A stretch of DNA of 63,867 nt, the filler included, from Octopus bimaculoides (lineage: Eukaryota): assembly GCF_001194135.2 (NCBI RefSeq). It is 5 parts of 5 records of this genome, joined end to end, with 100 filler letters (N's around TTAATTAATTAA, not from the genome) between each part and the next. Parts side by side here need not be neighbours in the genome. Positions count along the whole stretch, not along the records: positions 1 to 27,631 come from NC_068984.1; 4 more parts are not named here. One strand, written 5' to 3'. Made by a program: the position numbers and the translations under genes. This document shows positions 1-13,134 of this stretch, one piece after another. Numbering within the stretch: position 1 is the stretch's first letter; the number at the start of each line of letters is the position of its first letter. Below the pieces are notes generated by a model. That model was given only the letters and a program-made list of their open reading frames with translations. It had not been told where the DNA came from and made no database searches.

Positions 1-47
<47 letters not shown>

Positions 48-84
48 TTATCTATCTGTCTTTCTATCTGTCTATACACATATA

Positions 85-723
85 CGTGGTCTGATAAATA
101 AGTGTCCGGATGTATAGTCATAGTAACAAAGCTAAAGCACGCAGAGTGAAGCCGCTTGGCACAGATTGAACTTGAATTTTGCTGTGCATGTGCACTAAGT
201 TTTAACATTCTATATCACTTACGCTATTTACGGCAATGCTTGGAAGGAAGGTGTGTAGCGTGTGATCGTCGCATTGACCATGGCAGAGAAAGTTCAACAG
301 ACAATCTGCATCAAATTTTGACAAATTCTTGGTGATACCTGCTTAGAGGCCTACACAAAGTTTTCAAAAAGCTTTTATCGTTCTCGACACAATCAAGGAG
401 ATTTTGTGCAACTGAAACCTGAGTGTATCTTTATTCAGCTGAAAGCAGTTTTGGCACAAACTTGGCAGACACGTGTCTCATACCCAAATTTTCAGTGATA
501 ATGGACTGAACTGAAACATAACTAATCTGCACATCCTCTGATAACTCACGGATGGTGATTCGATGATTTCCCCTCACAGCTGCACACATATCTGCGATGT
601 TTTCTTACTTCTGCTGGTTGTCTCCCAGAACAGTTCATCAATATCTCGGCCATCTTGAAAACGTCTAAACCACTCGTACACTTGGGCGCGGCTCATAAAC
701 TCTTCTCCATACACTTTCTGCAA
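85..723 (+). mobile_element. Mariner transposon 5' remnant (TIR plus N-terminal transposase) with an internally inverted segment
   Basis: TA followed by TIR-like CGTGGTCTGATAAATAAGTGTCCGG at 85. ATG at 280 reads MAEKVQQTICIKF*QILGDTCLEAYTK on plus. The continuation LQKVYGEEFMSRAQVYEWFRRFQDGR...RITIRELSEDVQIS...LGMRHVSAKFVPKLL...DKSFLK reads on minus from 723 to 361. Confidence 0.85.
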
Positions 724-1049
724 GTCACTCACTTACACGCATATACACACACACGCACACACACACACACACACACAAACCATCTTTATGAATCAGTGAG
801 CTTGTATGTGTGTTTATAAGTATGCATATATGCACGTATGCGGTTAAGATAAATACACGCACTGACGTATATACACATGATTATCAAGGAAGAAATAAGT
901 ATGTATATACGTTCCCATGTACATTCGTAATTGTGTGTGTGTGTGAATGTATGAACATGTGCGTGTATTTGTGCGTATGTATGTTAAATAATTTGGAGAC
1001 TCAGCAGGAGGCACTCCCAAAGCAGCTGAAACTAGCCAAAGCACTAACA

Positions 1050-1360
1050 ACACAACCATCAACAAATCATCGAACAAAGGGAAGGAGAAAGATTCGATGC
1101 ATTGACAACAACAACAACGATAACAACAACAACAGTACCCACAGAGTCAACAACAGCAACAGTGCAAACAATAAGCTCACTGTCAACAACGACAGAAACA
1201 AGAGCAGCAACAAGTGATAAGCGGGTCAACAACGACTACCACAAGAATAAGAACAACAGCAAATTCAACAGCAATTTCAACAGCAATGGCAAAAAACAGC
1301 AATGATAATGTTAAAAGAATTATCATCATCATCACCAACAACAACAACATTTAAAACGAC
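1050..1360. repeat. Degenerate (CAA/AAC)n trinucleotide-rich tract
   Basis: AAC/CAG/AAT-rich low complexity giving poly-N and poly-T pseudo-ORFs; no splice context. Confidence 0.7.
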
Positions 1361-2816
1361 AATAGAAATAACAAAAAAAAAACACGAGCTGGAAAAAGTC
1401 ATTTATGCGATTTCACACGACAATTATTAGACATTTCATAGATAAATGCGCATTAAAACACACACACACGTACGTACGCACACACGCACACAAACATGAG
1501 TAATGTGTGTAAGTGAACGTTTGTAGTCCTGCGCACACATACACAGAAACCGTATAGATAGAAAGGTANNNNNNNNNNNNNNNNNNNNNNNNNNNNNNNN
1601 NNNNNNNNNNNNNNNNNNNNNNNNNNNNNNNNNNNNNNNNNNNNNNNNNNNNNNNNNNNNNNNNNNNNNNNNNNNNNNNNNNNNNNNNNNNNNNNNNNNN
1701 NNNNNNNNNNNNNNNNNNNNNNNNNNNNNNNNNNNNNNNNNNNNNNNNNNNNNNNNNNNNNNNNNNNNNNNNNNNNNNNNNNNNNNNNNNNNNNNNNNNN
1801 NNNNNNNNNNNNNNNNNNNNNNNNNNNNNNNNNNNNNNNNNNNNNNNNNNNNNNNNNNNNNNNNNNNNNNNNNNNNNNNNNNNNNNNNNNNNNNNNNNNN
1901 NNNNNNNNNNNNNNNNNNNNNNNNNNNNNNNNNNNNNNNNNNNNNNNNNNNNNNNNNNNNNNNNNNNNNNNNNNNNNNNNNNNNNNNNNNNNNNNNNNNN
2001 NNNNNNNNNNNNNNNNNNNNNNNNNNNNNNNNNNNNNNNNNNNNNNNNNNNNNNNNNNNNNNNNNNNNNNNNNNNNNNNNNNNNNNNNNNNNNNNNNNNN
2101 NNNNNNNNNNNNNNNNNNNNNNNNNNNNNNNNNNNNNNNNNNNNNNNNNNNNNNNNNNNNNNNNNNNNNNNNNNNNNNNNNNNNNNNNNNNNNNNNNNNN
2201 NNNNNNNNNNNNNNNNNNNNNNNNNNNNNNNNNNNNNNNNNNNNNNNNNNNNNNNNNNNNNNNNNNNNNNNNNNNNNNNNNNNNNNNNNNNNNNNNNNNN
2301 NNNNNNNNNNNNNNNNNTGTGTGGGTGTGGGTGTGTGTGTGTGTGTGTGTCTGTGTGTCTGTGTGTGTGTGAGTGTGTGTGTGTGTCTGTGTGTCTGTGT
2401 GTGTGTGAGTGTGTGTCTATCAGTCTCTCTCTACCTTTCTATCTATACGGTTTCTGTGTATGTGTGCGCAGGACTACAAGCGTTCACTTACACCTTCTAT
2501 ACAAATATAACGTAATGCGTGCCAACATGTAGTCTCAATGTATTTACTCATTCTACTAGACATAGCAGCCACGTTACTTTAAATCATACATACCATGCTG
2601 GTCATGGCTGAAACGACCTTGAATATGGGTCTACTCTGTCAGAACTGTCATGTGACTAAACAACAATGAATGGAGTAGGAGTAGGAGTAGGCTAATCAAC
2701 AGCTGAGAGCTGTCAGCAACATTCATGAGAAAATGGTTAACTTCCAGTTATGAGAATATCAAATCGCATAATTCTCATTCGTAGGAATACAGTTTCTAAA
2801 CTGGATAGATGAATTA

Positions 2817-2885
2817 CATTGGTACAATGGTAGAACGCCTGTCATCTACATGTGATCTGAGTTCGAGTCCCACAGGCAGCCATCG
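2817..2885 (+). mobile_element. Degenerate tRNA-derived SINE head
   Basis: A-box-like TGGTACAATGGTAGAAC and B-box-like GAGTTCGAGTCCC; no complete cloverleaf or acceptor stem. Confidence 0.4.
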
Positions 2886-3473
2886 ACATCTAAAAGGATG
2901 GTTTTTCAATTCAATAATTACATGCCATGTATAACATTCATGTACTTTGAGAAACACATACCTTCCAAAAAGGAGGTGAGTGTATATATNNNNNNNNNNN
3001 NNNNNNNNNNNNNNNNNNNNNNNNNNNNNNNNNNNNNNNNNNNNNNNNNNNNNNNNNNNNNNNNNNNNNNNNNNNNNNNNNNNNNNNNNNNNNNNNNNNN
3101 NNNNNNNNNNNNNNNNNNNNNNNNNNNNNNNNNNNNNNNNNNNNNNNNNNNNNNNNNNNNNNNNNNNNNNNNNNNNNNNNNNNNNNNNNNNNNNTATATA
3201 TATATATATATATATATACATATATCAAAAGTATGTGTTATAACACTATTCCACATATACAAAAACAGCCATACCGACAATCCAACATACATCCATCATC
3301 AGCTGTCCCACGGATATTATTATGGTTTCGACACCTGGGCAGTACCATTCGATCCGGCGGTGTCAACAACACTAAAATATGTGTTTGGGAACAAACATAC
3401 AAAAGAAACCAAAACTTTCAAAAACATTTACCTATGTATAACGGTATCTGTAAATAATATGTATATATATATA

Positions 3474-3755
3474 TCAGGTTGAGTAAAAAGTAGGCCACGT
3501 TTTGAACCGTGAATAATTTGTACCGGATTTTTGAAGAGCTTTGAATATTTAAAAGAAGTTTTTGAAATTGTCTCATAATACAGACATAGACTTACCGAAA
3601 TGCATCAATAAATTAACATTGATATTTTTTTCACCGTTGTTATAGTCATCTGAAATGGAACTGTCGAAGCGCGATATTCGAGCAATTTTGCTATTCAACT
3701 TCAGAAAAAGACATAAAGCAGCTGAAACTGCTCGCGATATCAACGAAATGGAATA
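3474..3755 (+). mobile_element. Mariner 5' remnant (TIR plus transposase N-terminus)
   Basis: TIR-like TCAGGTTGAGTAAAAAGTAGGCCACGTTTT after a TA run. ATG at 3655 reads MELSKRDIRAILLFNFRKRHKAAETARDINE, a typical mariner HTH start. Confidence 0.8.
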
Positions 3756-3907
3756 CCACCACCCAAACAAACAGAAAGAAAGAGAAAAGATCTGTCAATT
3801 GTATAGAAGGTGGTAGAGGCCTTATACAGCTAGAGAACTATTACAAAATAACCACCATAGGACTGCAAAAATACTTACTTCAGAAGGAAGGAAAACTAAT
3901 ACAAATA

Positions 3908-4030
3908 TTCTATCGGACGCTTTTTGCCGAACCGCTAAGTGATGGGGACGTAAAGATACCAACATCGGTTGTCAAGCGATGGTGGAAGGACAAACACAGA
4001 CAAATAACAAATACATACGACCATATATAT
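3908..4030 (-). mobile_element. SINE family B, internal/tail fragment
   Basis: TTTTGCCGAACCGCTAAG...ATCGGTTGTCAAGCGATG matches the full copies at 12885-13434 and 36828-37207. Confidence 0.75.
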
Positions 4031-4034
4031 AGTC

Positions 4035-4820
4035 TTCGCTCTTTGCACCACATGGGCTCAACTCTCCTCCCCTCTTCATCTAACCCCCTCCTCTTACCTC
4101 TCTCCTCCTCTTACCTCTCTCCTCCTCTTACCTCTCTCCTCCTCTTATCTCTCTCTTCCTCTTACCTCTCTCCTCCTCTTACCTCTCTCCTCCTCTTACC
4201 TCTCTCCTCCTCCATCCTACTTCCTTCCACCCACCTCTCCTCTCTTACTCCGACTCTTACTTCTCTTCATTCCTACTTCTCTTCACTCCTACTTCTCTTT
4301 ACTCCTACTTCTCTTCACTCCTACTTCTCTTCACCCATACTCTCTTTCTCTCTTCTCTCTTACTCTTTTTCTCTCTTCTCTCATAACCACCCTCTCCTTC
4401 CCCTTTCATCGTCAACCCTCCCCCATAATCCCAACCCACCCCTACACATTTCTACCCTACATNNNNNNNNNNNNNNNNNNNNNNNNNNNNNNNNNNNNNN
4501 NNNNNNNNNNNNNNNNNNNNNNNNNNNNNNNNNNNNNNNNNNNNNNNNNNNNNNNNNNNNNNNNNNNNNNNNNNNNNNNNNNNNNNNNNNNNNNNNNNNN
4601 NNNNNNNNNNNNNNNNNNNNNNNNNNNNNNNNNNNNNNNNNNNNNNNNNNNNNNNNNNNNNNNNNNNNNNNNNNNNNNCACCCTCAACCTAACCCACACC
4701 CCACCCGTGCTTTCCTCACTCTTTCCCCCCACCTCCCAACTCCATCACACTACACCACACTACACCATACCACACAACACATCACATCACAACACACCAC
4801 CACGCACACACTAGCATGAC
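4035..4820. repeat. Dispersed C/T-rich repeat with internal 16-17 bp minisatellites; second copy at 39050-39420
   Basis: Shares TTGC[A/G]CCACATGGGCTCAAC[T/C]CTCCTCCCCTCT and a C/A-rich tail ending CTAGCA with 39050-39420. Contains about 7 CCTCTTACCTCTCTCCT units and about 5 CTCCTACTTCTCTTCA units. Confidence 0.65.
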
Positions 4821-4959
4821 CAATTCCCATCCCCACATTTTCACACCAACACACACACACGCACACGTCAAGATCACCAGCCCTCTTTCACACGCACATA
4901 CATACTCTCTTACACACACGCGCACCTTCGTTTTGGGATCACTACTACTTTGCTATCTC

Positions 4960-5345
4960 CCTTTCTTCTTAGCTCTCCTGTGTAACCCTCCTCTCCAGCA
5001 TTCGCCATGATAGATCGCTAACCACTACACACACATTTTTTTCTCTCCTTGTTTCTCTCCTTGTTTCTTTCTGTGTTCCTTTCTGTGGAAGAGCGTAGGT
5101 TCGAAACATTAAAGACTTTTTGAATTCCCGAGCGTTATACTAATACATCTGTTTGTTTTCTACACCACCTGTCTTCGTCTTTTGTTATTTTGTGAATTCT
5201 CCCGATATATATACCTTAGTTAAAAGCAGCAGTCGAACGGGAATGTGAAACTCGGAGTAACAGTCTTTGTGATATTTCTGCTGCTTTTTAAATAAAGCAT
5301 ATTATTGTACCTCTGGTATTTGAGTAATCTTTTTTCTGCCTTCTC
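4960..5345 (+). mobile_element. Penelope-like element terminal/UTR remnants with degenerate hammerhead-like motifs
   Basis: GGAAGAGCGTAGGTTCGAAAC at ~5085-5106 and CGAACGGGAATGTGAAACTCGGAGTAACAGT at 5234-5264; the latter is homologous to 15101-15215. Confidence 0.45.
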
Positions 5346-5779
5346 AAATGACTGAAATATATATATATGAAACTGTATAATAATATATCATAATAATATA
5401 TATATTCTCCGATTTGAAGCGACGATTTTTAAATACAAGCAAATGACCGAAAACTGATGAGCTAATCTCAGGCAGAATCGAAACCACAAATCAACGCTTA
5501 CATGACTCTTTGCACATCCGATAGACAAAACGATCATGCATGTAAGCGTTGATTAATTGTATGTGTAAGTGTATGTGTCTGTGTGCGTGCACGCGCGCGT
5601 AACTGGCGTAAGGAAGTATAAATACGTATTTGATGTCTTTGGGATTTAAATTACTTGAACTTAGAAATAAATCAAATGCAAAAATAGAAATTAAACTGTT
5701 TATCTTCAAACCACACCATCATGAATGTAGCCATATCATACATATAACTATATCTATGATTATATCTATTCATCCTTCT

Positions 5780-6140
5780 CTCCTACTAGTTGGACACATT
5801 GCACACATTTTTCTTTACCCAAAATCTTCTACCATCTTCTGTAATGCGTTGTTACCACAGTCCAATTATGCCTCACAGTTTGTGACTCATCTGTCCACTC
5901 GCGGGAAATTCTTGTCCATGACCATAGGTCATGGTCTCCCTAAGTGTGATTTATCTTTAATGCTGCTTTTCTTTCCTTTAAACTTCGTCAGCCATCCATG
6001 CATATTGCCCTTTGTCAAATATATCGCCTCCGTAAAAAGCACGAAGCCTTTTGTACATGTTAGACAGCTTGCACACTCCTTCGTCAAGAACTCAATAACG
6101 GCATATTGCAACTGTTTGGAATTCATTACTTGCCGGCAAT
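5780..6140 (-). mobile_element. Mariner transposase N-terminal remnant
   Basis: Minus ORF 5929-6126 QYAVIEFLTKE...HGWLTKFKGKKSSIKDKSHLGRP (HTH plus GRP motif), followed by degenerate RIT and KNVC segments. Confidence 0.75.
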
Positions 6141-8109
6141 GATGAAGGGTTACAATTGAGGAAAAATTACTCTACCTACATATGCAATTTGAATGACGTC
6201 GACTGTCGATAAAAAAAGTTATGACCTAGTTATAACAGATAACATCATAATCAGTATAACAAAATTGCTGCACTGCGTGCAGTACTTCTTCAATAACAAC
6301 AATAAGAATAACAACAGCAGAAACCACGACACAATAGAGAGACATCTGCCTCACCGACTGACTTGCCTAAAACAACTACCAGATCCCTTTCAAATCAAGA
6401 AAAAATGAAGGCGATTATAGTTATTCGATTTGAGAAAATGGGAGAATAGTGTCCCTAAAATCACATACTATCGCCTTCAAGAAAGGAAGAACGCATTGGA
6501 TAATGTATTCCCTGATACACAGTACTTAGGTGAAGGCTGGACAGGTACAGCTGGAACATGCTCGATCATAGATTAGCCCTACCAGAGCTGACAATGGACT
6601 AAACGACAACCATTCTATGGGTAAAACTACTCTGAAAGGTAAAAGACTCATTAGATATCTTAGTTCTAGATTCACCCTAAAAAGTTGGAATAGACGCGGA
6701 TGGACTGCCCTTAACTACAGAAGTGTTGGATTAGGATTAACCTGGGGACAAACACCAACATGACTTACAACCTTATTTTAGAAACAATTTTTAAAAGAAT
6801 AAATCACTAAGAGATCATGGAATTAAAGTATGAAGTCTATCGTGAGGTTTAATACGTAGATACGCCTTTGCATACAGAAGAAAAGTTGAGTTTGTGTTAA
6901 CAGATGACGTCACTAAATGTTGCGTTATAATGCCACACATACTTCAACAGGACAACGACCCAAACATGACATCTTGAGTGATATCTGCTAATTTACTTGA
7001 TTTGAAAGTCAAATTTAGATGAATAATAATCGGTTGAGATAACAGATATAACACAATAAAGTTTTGTCCATGCGCATGTGTACGTGTGTGCGGGCGGGCG
7101 TACGTGTGCGCGTGTGTTTACATATGTATGTATGTATGTATGTATGTATGTTTGTATGTATGTACGTACGTATGTATGTATGTATGTATGTATGTGTATG
7201 TTCGTTCTGCGTATGTGGCTGTATGTGAGTATGCAATGTGAATACGAGGTCAAATAGCTAAGTATAGTTGTAAAAATGTTCTTATATATATGTTTGTGAA
7301 TGTGTGTGTGTGTAATACACATACATACACACTTACATACATGCATACATCTACACACATGTATACGTAACGGTAATGAGTATATACTGTATAATTTATT
7401 TGCAAGCAACTCGCGGATGCAAGTGCAACCACTTGAAAGCTCCGTGTACAGAAGACAGGCAACCCTATGGGATCATCGAGAAGGAATGCCCAGCCTTTCG
7501 GTACCTTCCTCTCCAGGTCCTATCATTGATGTCTGACCCCACTTACTATTCATATATATATTGTGTCTTGAGGGAGTTATTCTGTTTTAATACTTTATTA
7601 ATGACTACAATAATCGACCATTGAAGAGGTTGCAAGAAGCAAAGAAATTTTTAGAAAGACTAAAGAAGTAAACAAGTGGGAATCGAACCGATGAGTGTTA
7701 ATTAATAAGGCATTAAAACAGAATGACTCTCCCCAGACACAATAAAATATGCTTGAACACACGAATTCACATAAAGAATCTTGCAAATCAAATAAAAATC
7801 GAAATATATATATATATATANNNNNNNNNNNNNNNNNNNNNNNNNNNNNNNNNNNNNNNNNNNNNNNNNNNNNNNNNNNNNNNNNNNNNNNNNNNNNNNN
7901 NNNNNNNNNNNNNNNNNNNNNNNNNNNNNNNNNNNNNNNNNNNNNNNNNNNNNNNNNNNNNNNNNNNNNNNNNNNNNNNNNNNNNNNNNNNNNNNNNNNN
8001 NNNNNNNNNNNNNNNNNNNNNNNNNNNNNNNNNNNNNNNNNNNNNNNNNNNNNNNNNNNNNNNNNNNNNNNNNNNNNNNNNNNNNNNNNNNNNNNNAGAA
8101 TAACCTTTA

Positions 8110-8875
8110 TAGGTAAAATTATACAAATATCCTATAATTATAAACATAATTATAATTAGGGGTTAACTAATTGCTTTACCACATACCGAATTTAGAAATA
8201 GGAGTTAAAAATTCCTTTTCTACTACTGTAAGAATTTCCACGACAGTAACACTTTTTTACGTAGGCAAAGAGAAAAACAATGAAGCAACACGACTCCGAT
8301 TAGCCACATACACGTTCGAGATTAAAGTGCTTTAATTACTTGCTTCTCTCTTCAGTGTAGCATTTCCAATTATAAAATTTGAAAGTGCTAGGGTTAAATA
8401 TGCACACGATCGAGCGACATTGTGCAACAGATATCTAACCAACACTTCCAAAATTTACACAGCCGAATGTGAATACACTATTCATCCCCTGTACTCACGT
8501 GTATGTTACGAGCAGTACCGCAGAAAACTGTAGTATTCTATTATGGAGTAAATTATGTGCTGCTTAGATATCTGTTGCTCGATGTCGCTCGATCGTGTGC
8601 ATATTTAACCCTAGCACTTTCACATTTTATAACTGGAAATGCTACACTCAAGTAATTAAGACACTTTACTCGAAACGCGTCTATGGCCTATCGAATTCGT
8701 GTTGTTTCATCGTTTTACTCTTTGCCTACGTAGAAAAGTGCGTTACTGCCGTGGAGATTCTTACAGTAGTAGAAAATGAATTTTTAACTCCTATTTCTAA
8801 ATTCGGTATGTGGTAAAGCAATTAGCTGACCCCTAATTATAATTATATTTATAATTATAGAATATTTGCATATAT
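8110..8875. mobile_element. Foldback MITE with ~330-bp terminal inverted repeats
   Basis: The left arm ATAATTAGGGGTTAACTAATTGCTTTACCACATACCGAATTTAG...ACAGATATCTAA (to ~8440) is the diverged reverse complement of ~8562-8870; spacer ~120 bp. Confidence 0.85.
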
Positions 8876-9050
8876 AAAGTGCTTTAATTACTTGCTTCTC
8901 TCTTCAGTGTAGCATTTCCAATTATAAAATTTGAAAGTGCTAGGGTTAAATATGCACACGATCGAGCGACATTGTGCAACAGATATCTAACCAACACTTC
9001 CAAAATTTACACTATTCATCCCCTGTACTCACGTGTATGTTACGAGCAGT
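8875..9050 (+). repeat. Near-exact direct copy of 8323-8516
   Basis: Identical by eye except for loss of 8461-8478 (18 bp) between two TACAC repeats. Confidence 0.9.
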
Positions 9051-9201
9051 GTGCGTGTGTGTATATGTGTGCGTGTGTGTATATGTGTGTGGAGAAAGAG
9101 GTGGGAGATAGATAGATAGACGCATACATATATATATACACACATATAGATATACACGTGTATGTATATAACATATACATCACCAAACCTATAATACATG
9201 C

Positions 9202-9241
<40 letters not shown>

Positions 9242-10192
9242 TTGTGTGTGTGTGCGCGCGCGCGCGCGCGTTTCTCCCTGTCACGAAATCCAGGCGTTGA
9301 TGAATCAACTCAATGATTCCGTCACCAGATCCCGCTCATTTTCTGTTTTTTTTCTTTTTTTTTTTTTTTTAGTTTGCTTTCCATTGGACACTTGCTGTTA
9401 TTTAGAGTCTTCCTCGCAACAATCACCTATACGACCATCTTAGTTGTTCGAAGTGAGAAGAGGTATGTCTTGGGGGAAGTAAATTTTTGTTCTCTTGTTC
9501 ATTTTGTTGTTTTGCGGATTTCTGTTTTTGCTATCGCTCTTGTCAGCGATGCGGTCGCCTTCCATTCTTACAGGTGGTGTTGCTGTTGATGTGATTATTG
9601 TTGTTGGTGCTGTTGCTGTTGTGATATTAGCAGTAGTGGAGGTCTTATTTCAGATGTCACCAACTCAGATAAATTATAATTTGTAGCCCCCGATACTTTC
9701 CAAATTTAGCTCAGCATGTTCTTGGGAAACTAACTCCAGTGTGAGCCTCTACATAGATATAAGTATGCATACCACCGTTCTTCTATTTGTTTGCTTATGA
9801 CTTGTAGGGGTGACGTAAGTTTAACTTTTCTACCCTATCTGTTGAGTTGCTACTCTGCTTGTTCCGGGTGCTGGTGTTTTTTGTTTAGTGGGACAAAGTC
9901 AAAGGATCTGTCTTTGTTTCCACCCTTCCACTGTTATTGCTGCTATTACCTTTGTTGTTGCTATCGGTGGTACTGGATCCATCGCTACAACTACTGTTTG
10001 CTGCTACAGGTGCAGCAAGGGTAATATTGAATCCTTTCTATATTAACCAAAATGAAGTAGATTGACAAATTTATTTTTTGAACCAGTGGAAGACACGCAA
10101 GATGTCGAAATATTGTTCACGGGATAGCAAATGGCACTCTTCTTTTAATTTTCACTCTATATCTTCAGGAGGAGTTACCTCAATCCTTTCTA

Positions 10193-10194
<2 letters not shown>

Positions 10195-10246
<52 letters not shown>

Positions 10247-10250
10247 CATT
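10195..10250. repeat. (TTA)n microsatellite
   Basis: Pure TTA run. Confidence 0.95.
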
Positions 10251-11460
10251 ATTTTCGTGGTTTAGTCCCGCTGTAAAAATAGTTTCTGTTGAACACAAGA
10301 ACAAACTAAAAGTGGTCTATTTAAATTTGATTATTGATAAAGTGATAATATATAATCATCCATTGCCTGGATCATATAATCTTACATTTGTTGTCGGTGT
10401 TGCTTCCATTATTACAGGTGGCAGTGCGGCCACTGTTGCTACAGTTGCACGTCGTTGGTAGTGTTGGTGTTGCTATTGTTGTTGCTGTTGTTGTTGCTAT
10501 TGTTGTTGCTATAGTGTTTGATAATTTGTTTCACCATAAGCAGTGAAGAAAGATTTAGGATAGTAAAACAAAATAATCTTTATTAATTGATTTATGAAAA
10601 TATATAAAAAGGGAAATATTGATATATGAAAATACGTAGAAAAAGATATAGCACGCAATCTACATTTTTAATCTAAAATTGAATCTATTTGTTGGTTAAC
10701 TTAAAATTGAGGCTCAGAAATATATTACATTTAGGAAAAAATATCCATTATGGCTGGTTAAGAAACTGGCTTCTCAACTACGTTATTTTGGATTCGATAT
10801 TATAGCATGGCATCACGGGCAAGTGTTTCTACAACCCTCTCAGATTTATCGATATTTGCGATGGGAAATTGGTACAGATCTGCAGGAAAATTGAACTAAG
10901 GCACGTTCTGATTTATATTCCATCCTGGTTACACAGACACTTCCTTTTCATTCATCAGAACCACAGCTGGAATCCTATAAACAACGACGCTATTGTTCAC
11001 AAAATTTAACACTCACACTCACACTTTCTTATAATAATTCTACTTGTCATTAGGTTACTTAGCCCGTCGGTAACGCTTTCACGTGATTAGAGAAAGAGAG
11101 GAAGAATGAAAAGAGGGAGAGAGGAAAAGAGGGTGAGAGAAGCGTGCATGACGTGAGGGAGGGGAACGTAATTATAACCCTTTCACGTGATTAGTTGAAA
11201 GGTAAGAGAGAACAAGAGAAAGAAAAAGAGAGAAAACGAAAGGCAGAGAGAGAGAAAGAGAGAGTGAGAGAGAGAGTAAGAGAAAGTGAGAAAGAGAGAC
11301 ATGGAGGAAGATAGTGATGATGGTCGTGGTGGTTGTGGTGGTGGTGGTGGTAGTTGTTGTTGTTATTGTGGTGGTGGTGGCGGCGGCCGCGGCGGCGATC
11401 GTGAGTGCATAAAGAAAAGTAATTTTTTTAAAAAAATTGAACTAAATTTTTATATCACCT

Positions 11461-11730
11461 ATCACTTAACGCAAACGCATCCCAAATTTGCCATTCACTT
11501 TAGAAGGAAATCAGTTTCCGGTTCGCCAATCATATGCAATGACAATCAATAAATCACAAAGACAGACATTTGACAAAGTAGGGATGTTTTTGCCTGAACC
11601 CGTATTCGGTCAAGGTCAGCTATATGTTGCATTCTCAAGGGCTCGCAACTTATTTGATGTGTGAGTTAAAGTTATCAACACTGAAAATCAAGGAAAAAGA
11701 AGAGGAAGAACTTACACGAAGAACATAGTC
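11461..11730 (+). mobile_element. Helitron RepHel helicase C-terminal remnant (PIF1-like motifs V-VI)
   Basis: QFPVRQSYAMTINKSQRQTFDKVGMFLPEPVFGQGQLYVAFSRAR...TYTKNIV read from 11512, with one in-frame stop. Confidence 0.9.
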
Positions 11731-12884
11731 CTGCAATTTTCCCATAAAATTTTTGTTTTCTAGAAATGAAATTATGACTAAGTAAATTTTTAAATAATTC
11801 TTTTTCTTTTTATGAGAAAAATTGCAAAATAAGAGTGACTATTTATTTCATGAGTGTTGTGTATTAAGTCCATAAAATTGTGCATAAAGTATATTAAGTG
11901 AATATATAAAGTGAATATATAAAGTGAATATATAAATCATCGTATTCCAATTTCCTTCACTTTTCAATGAGTAGCAGATGAGCGACTATATTTTGATACA
12001 GACACAACACAAGCTACTCTTGCAGGCTTTTTGGATAAAGTTTTCAGGAATAACTCAATAGGTTTATTATTAATTCCATGAAATAATCACAAGTCCCGCT
12101 AGAACACATAAATGTGTGCGTATGCACGCACGTGTATAATCAGAGAAACAAGGTAAAAAATTTTTGATCCACAAGCTCCTCGCATTCTTCATTGAAATAA
12201 ACTCTTTGCGATCGTTTTGTTTCGATTACATCTACCAAGTGGATACATGAAGTCGGTGTATTGGAAGAGTTGTTAGAGTGTCGGATCGAATGTCTGTTGT
12301 ATTAGTAGCGACTGTCTGCACTCTGATATGGATGGACAGGATGTAATAAATTATAGATATTTATGTATATGTACTACGTTATATAGATAGACTGCAATGA
12401 ATTCTATATAGATAAAATGTTGTATGACTGGACATATGGCAATAAATTATGTTGTTCAATATTCTCCATAATTATCGGGCATTTATTGATTGTATTATCA
12501 TTGTTTAAACTTTGGTTAACCCTGATCGAGTGGACTTATAGTCACAGGCAACTCTACTATGACCATTGCAATAATAGGTAACTGTAAAGTTAACTGGGAT
12601 ATTTAGCGACTGTTTCTGTCAGATTGAGTCACGATCCAGTAGAAACTCGCTTGCTAGCTCGGAGCACCGACCCATAAAATATTTTTAAATAATAAAAAAA
12701 GAAAACAAAATGTATCAAGAAAAAAAATGAACTTGTTCAGAGGAAGGTAGCACTATTTCAGTATGATAATTGAAAGATGAAAGAGAACAAATCCACCAGT
12801 TTACCTCATTCAACTGCAACGGTAAATCAAATATATTTATACAGCATCTGTACAAAATTATGGTGCGCCTCTCCCTAGATATAC

Positions 12885-13101
12885 TTTTTTACTCTTTTAC
12901 TTGTTCAGTCATTTGACTGTGGCCATGCTCCAGCACCGCCTTTAGTCGAGCAAATCGAGCAAATCGACCCCAGGACTTATTCTTTGTAAGCCTAATACTT
13001 ATTTTATCGGTCTTTTTTGCCGAACAGCTAATGTTACGGGGACGTAAACACACCAGCATCGGTTGTCAAGTGATGTTGGGGGGACAAACACAGACACACA
13101 A

Positions 13102-13134
<33 letters not shown>

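Noticed and set aside
5453-5485. CTGATGA...GAAAC and the GGAAGAGCGTAGGTTCGAAAC motif at ~5085 as active hammerheads
   Set aside because: The first lacks a credible stem II, stem III and stem I; the second lacks the CUGA core. At most decayed relics.
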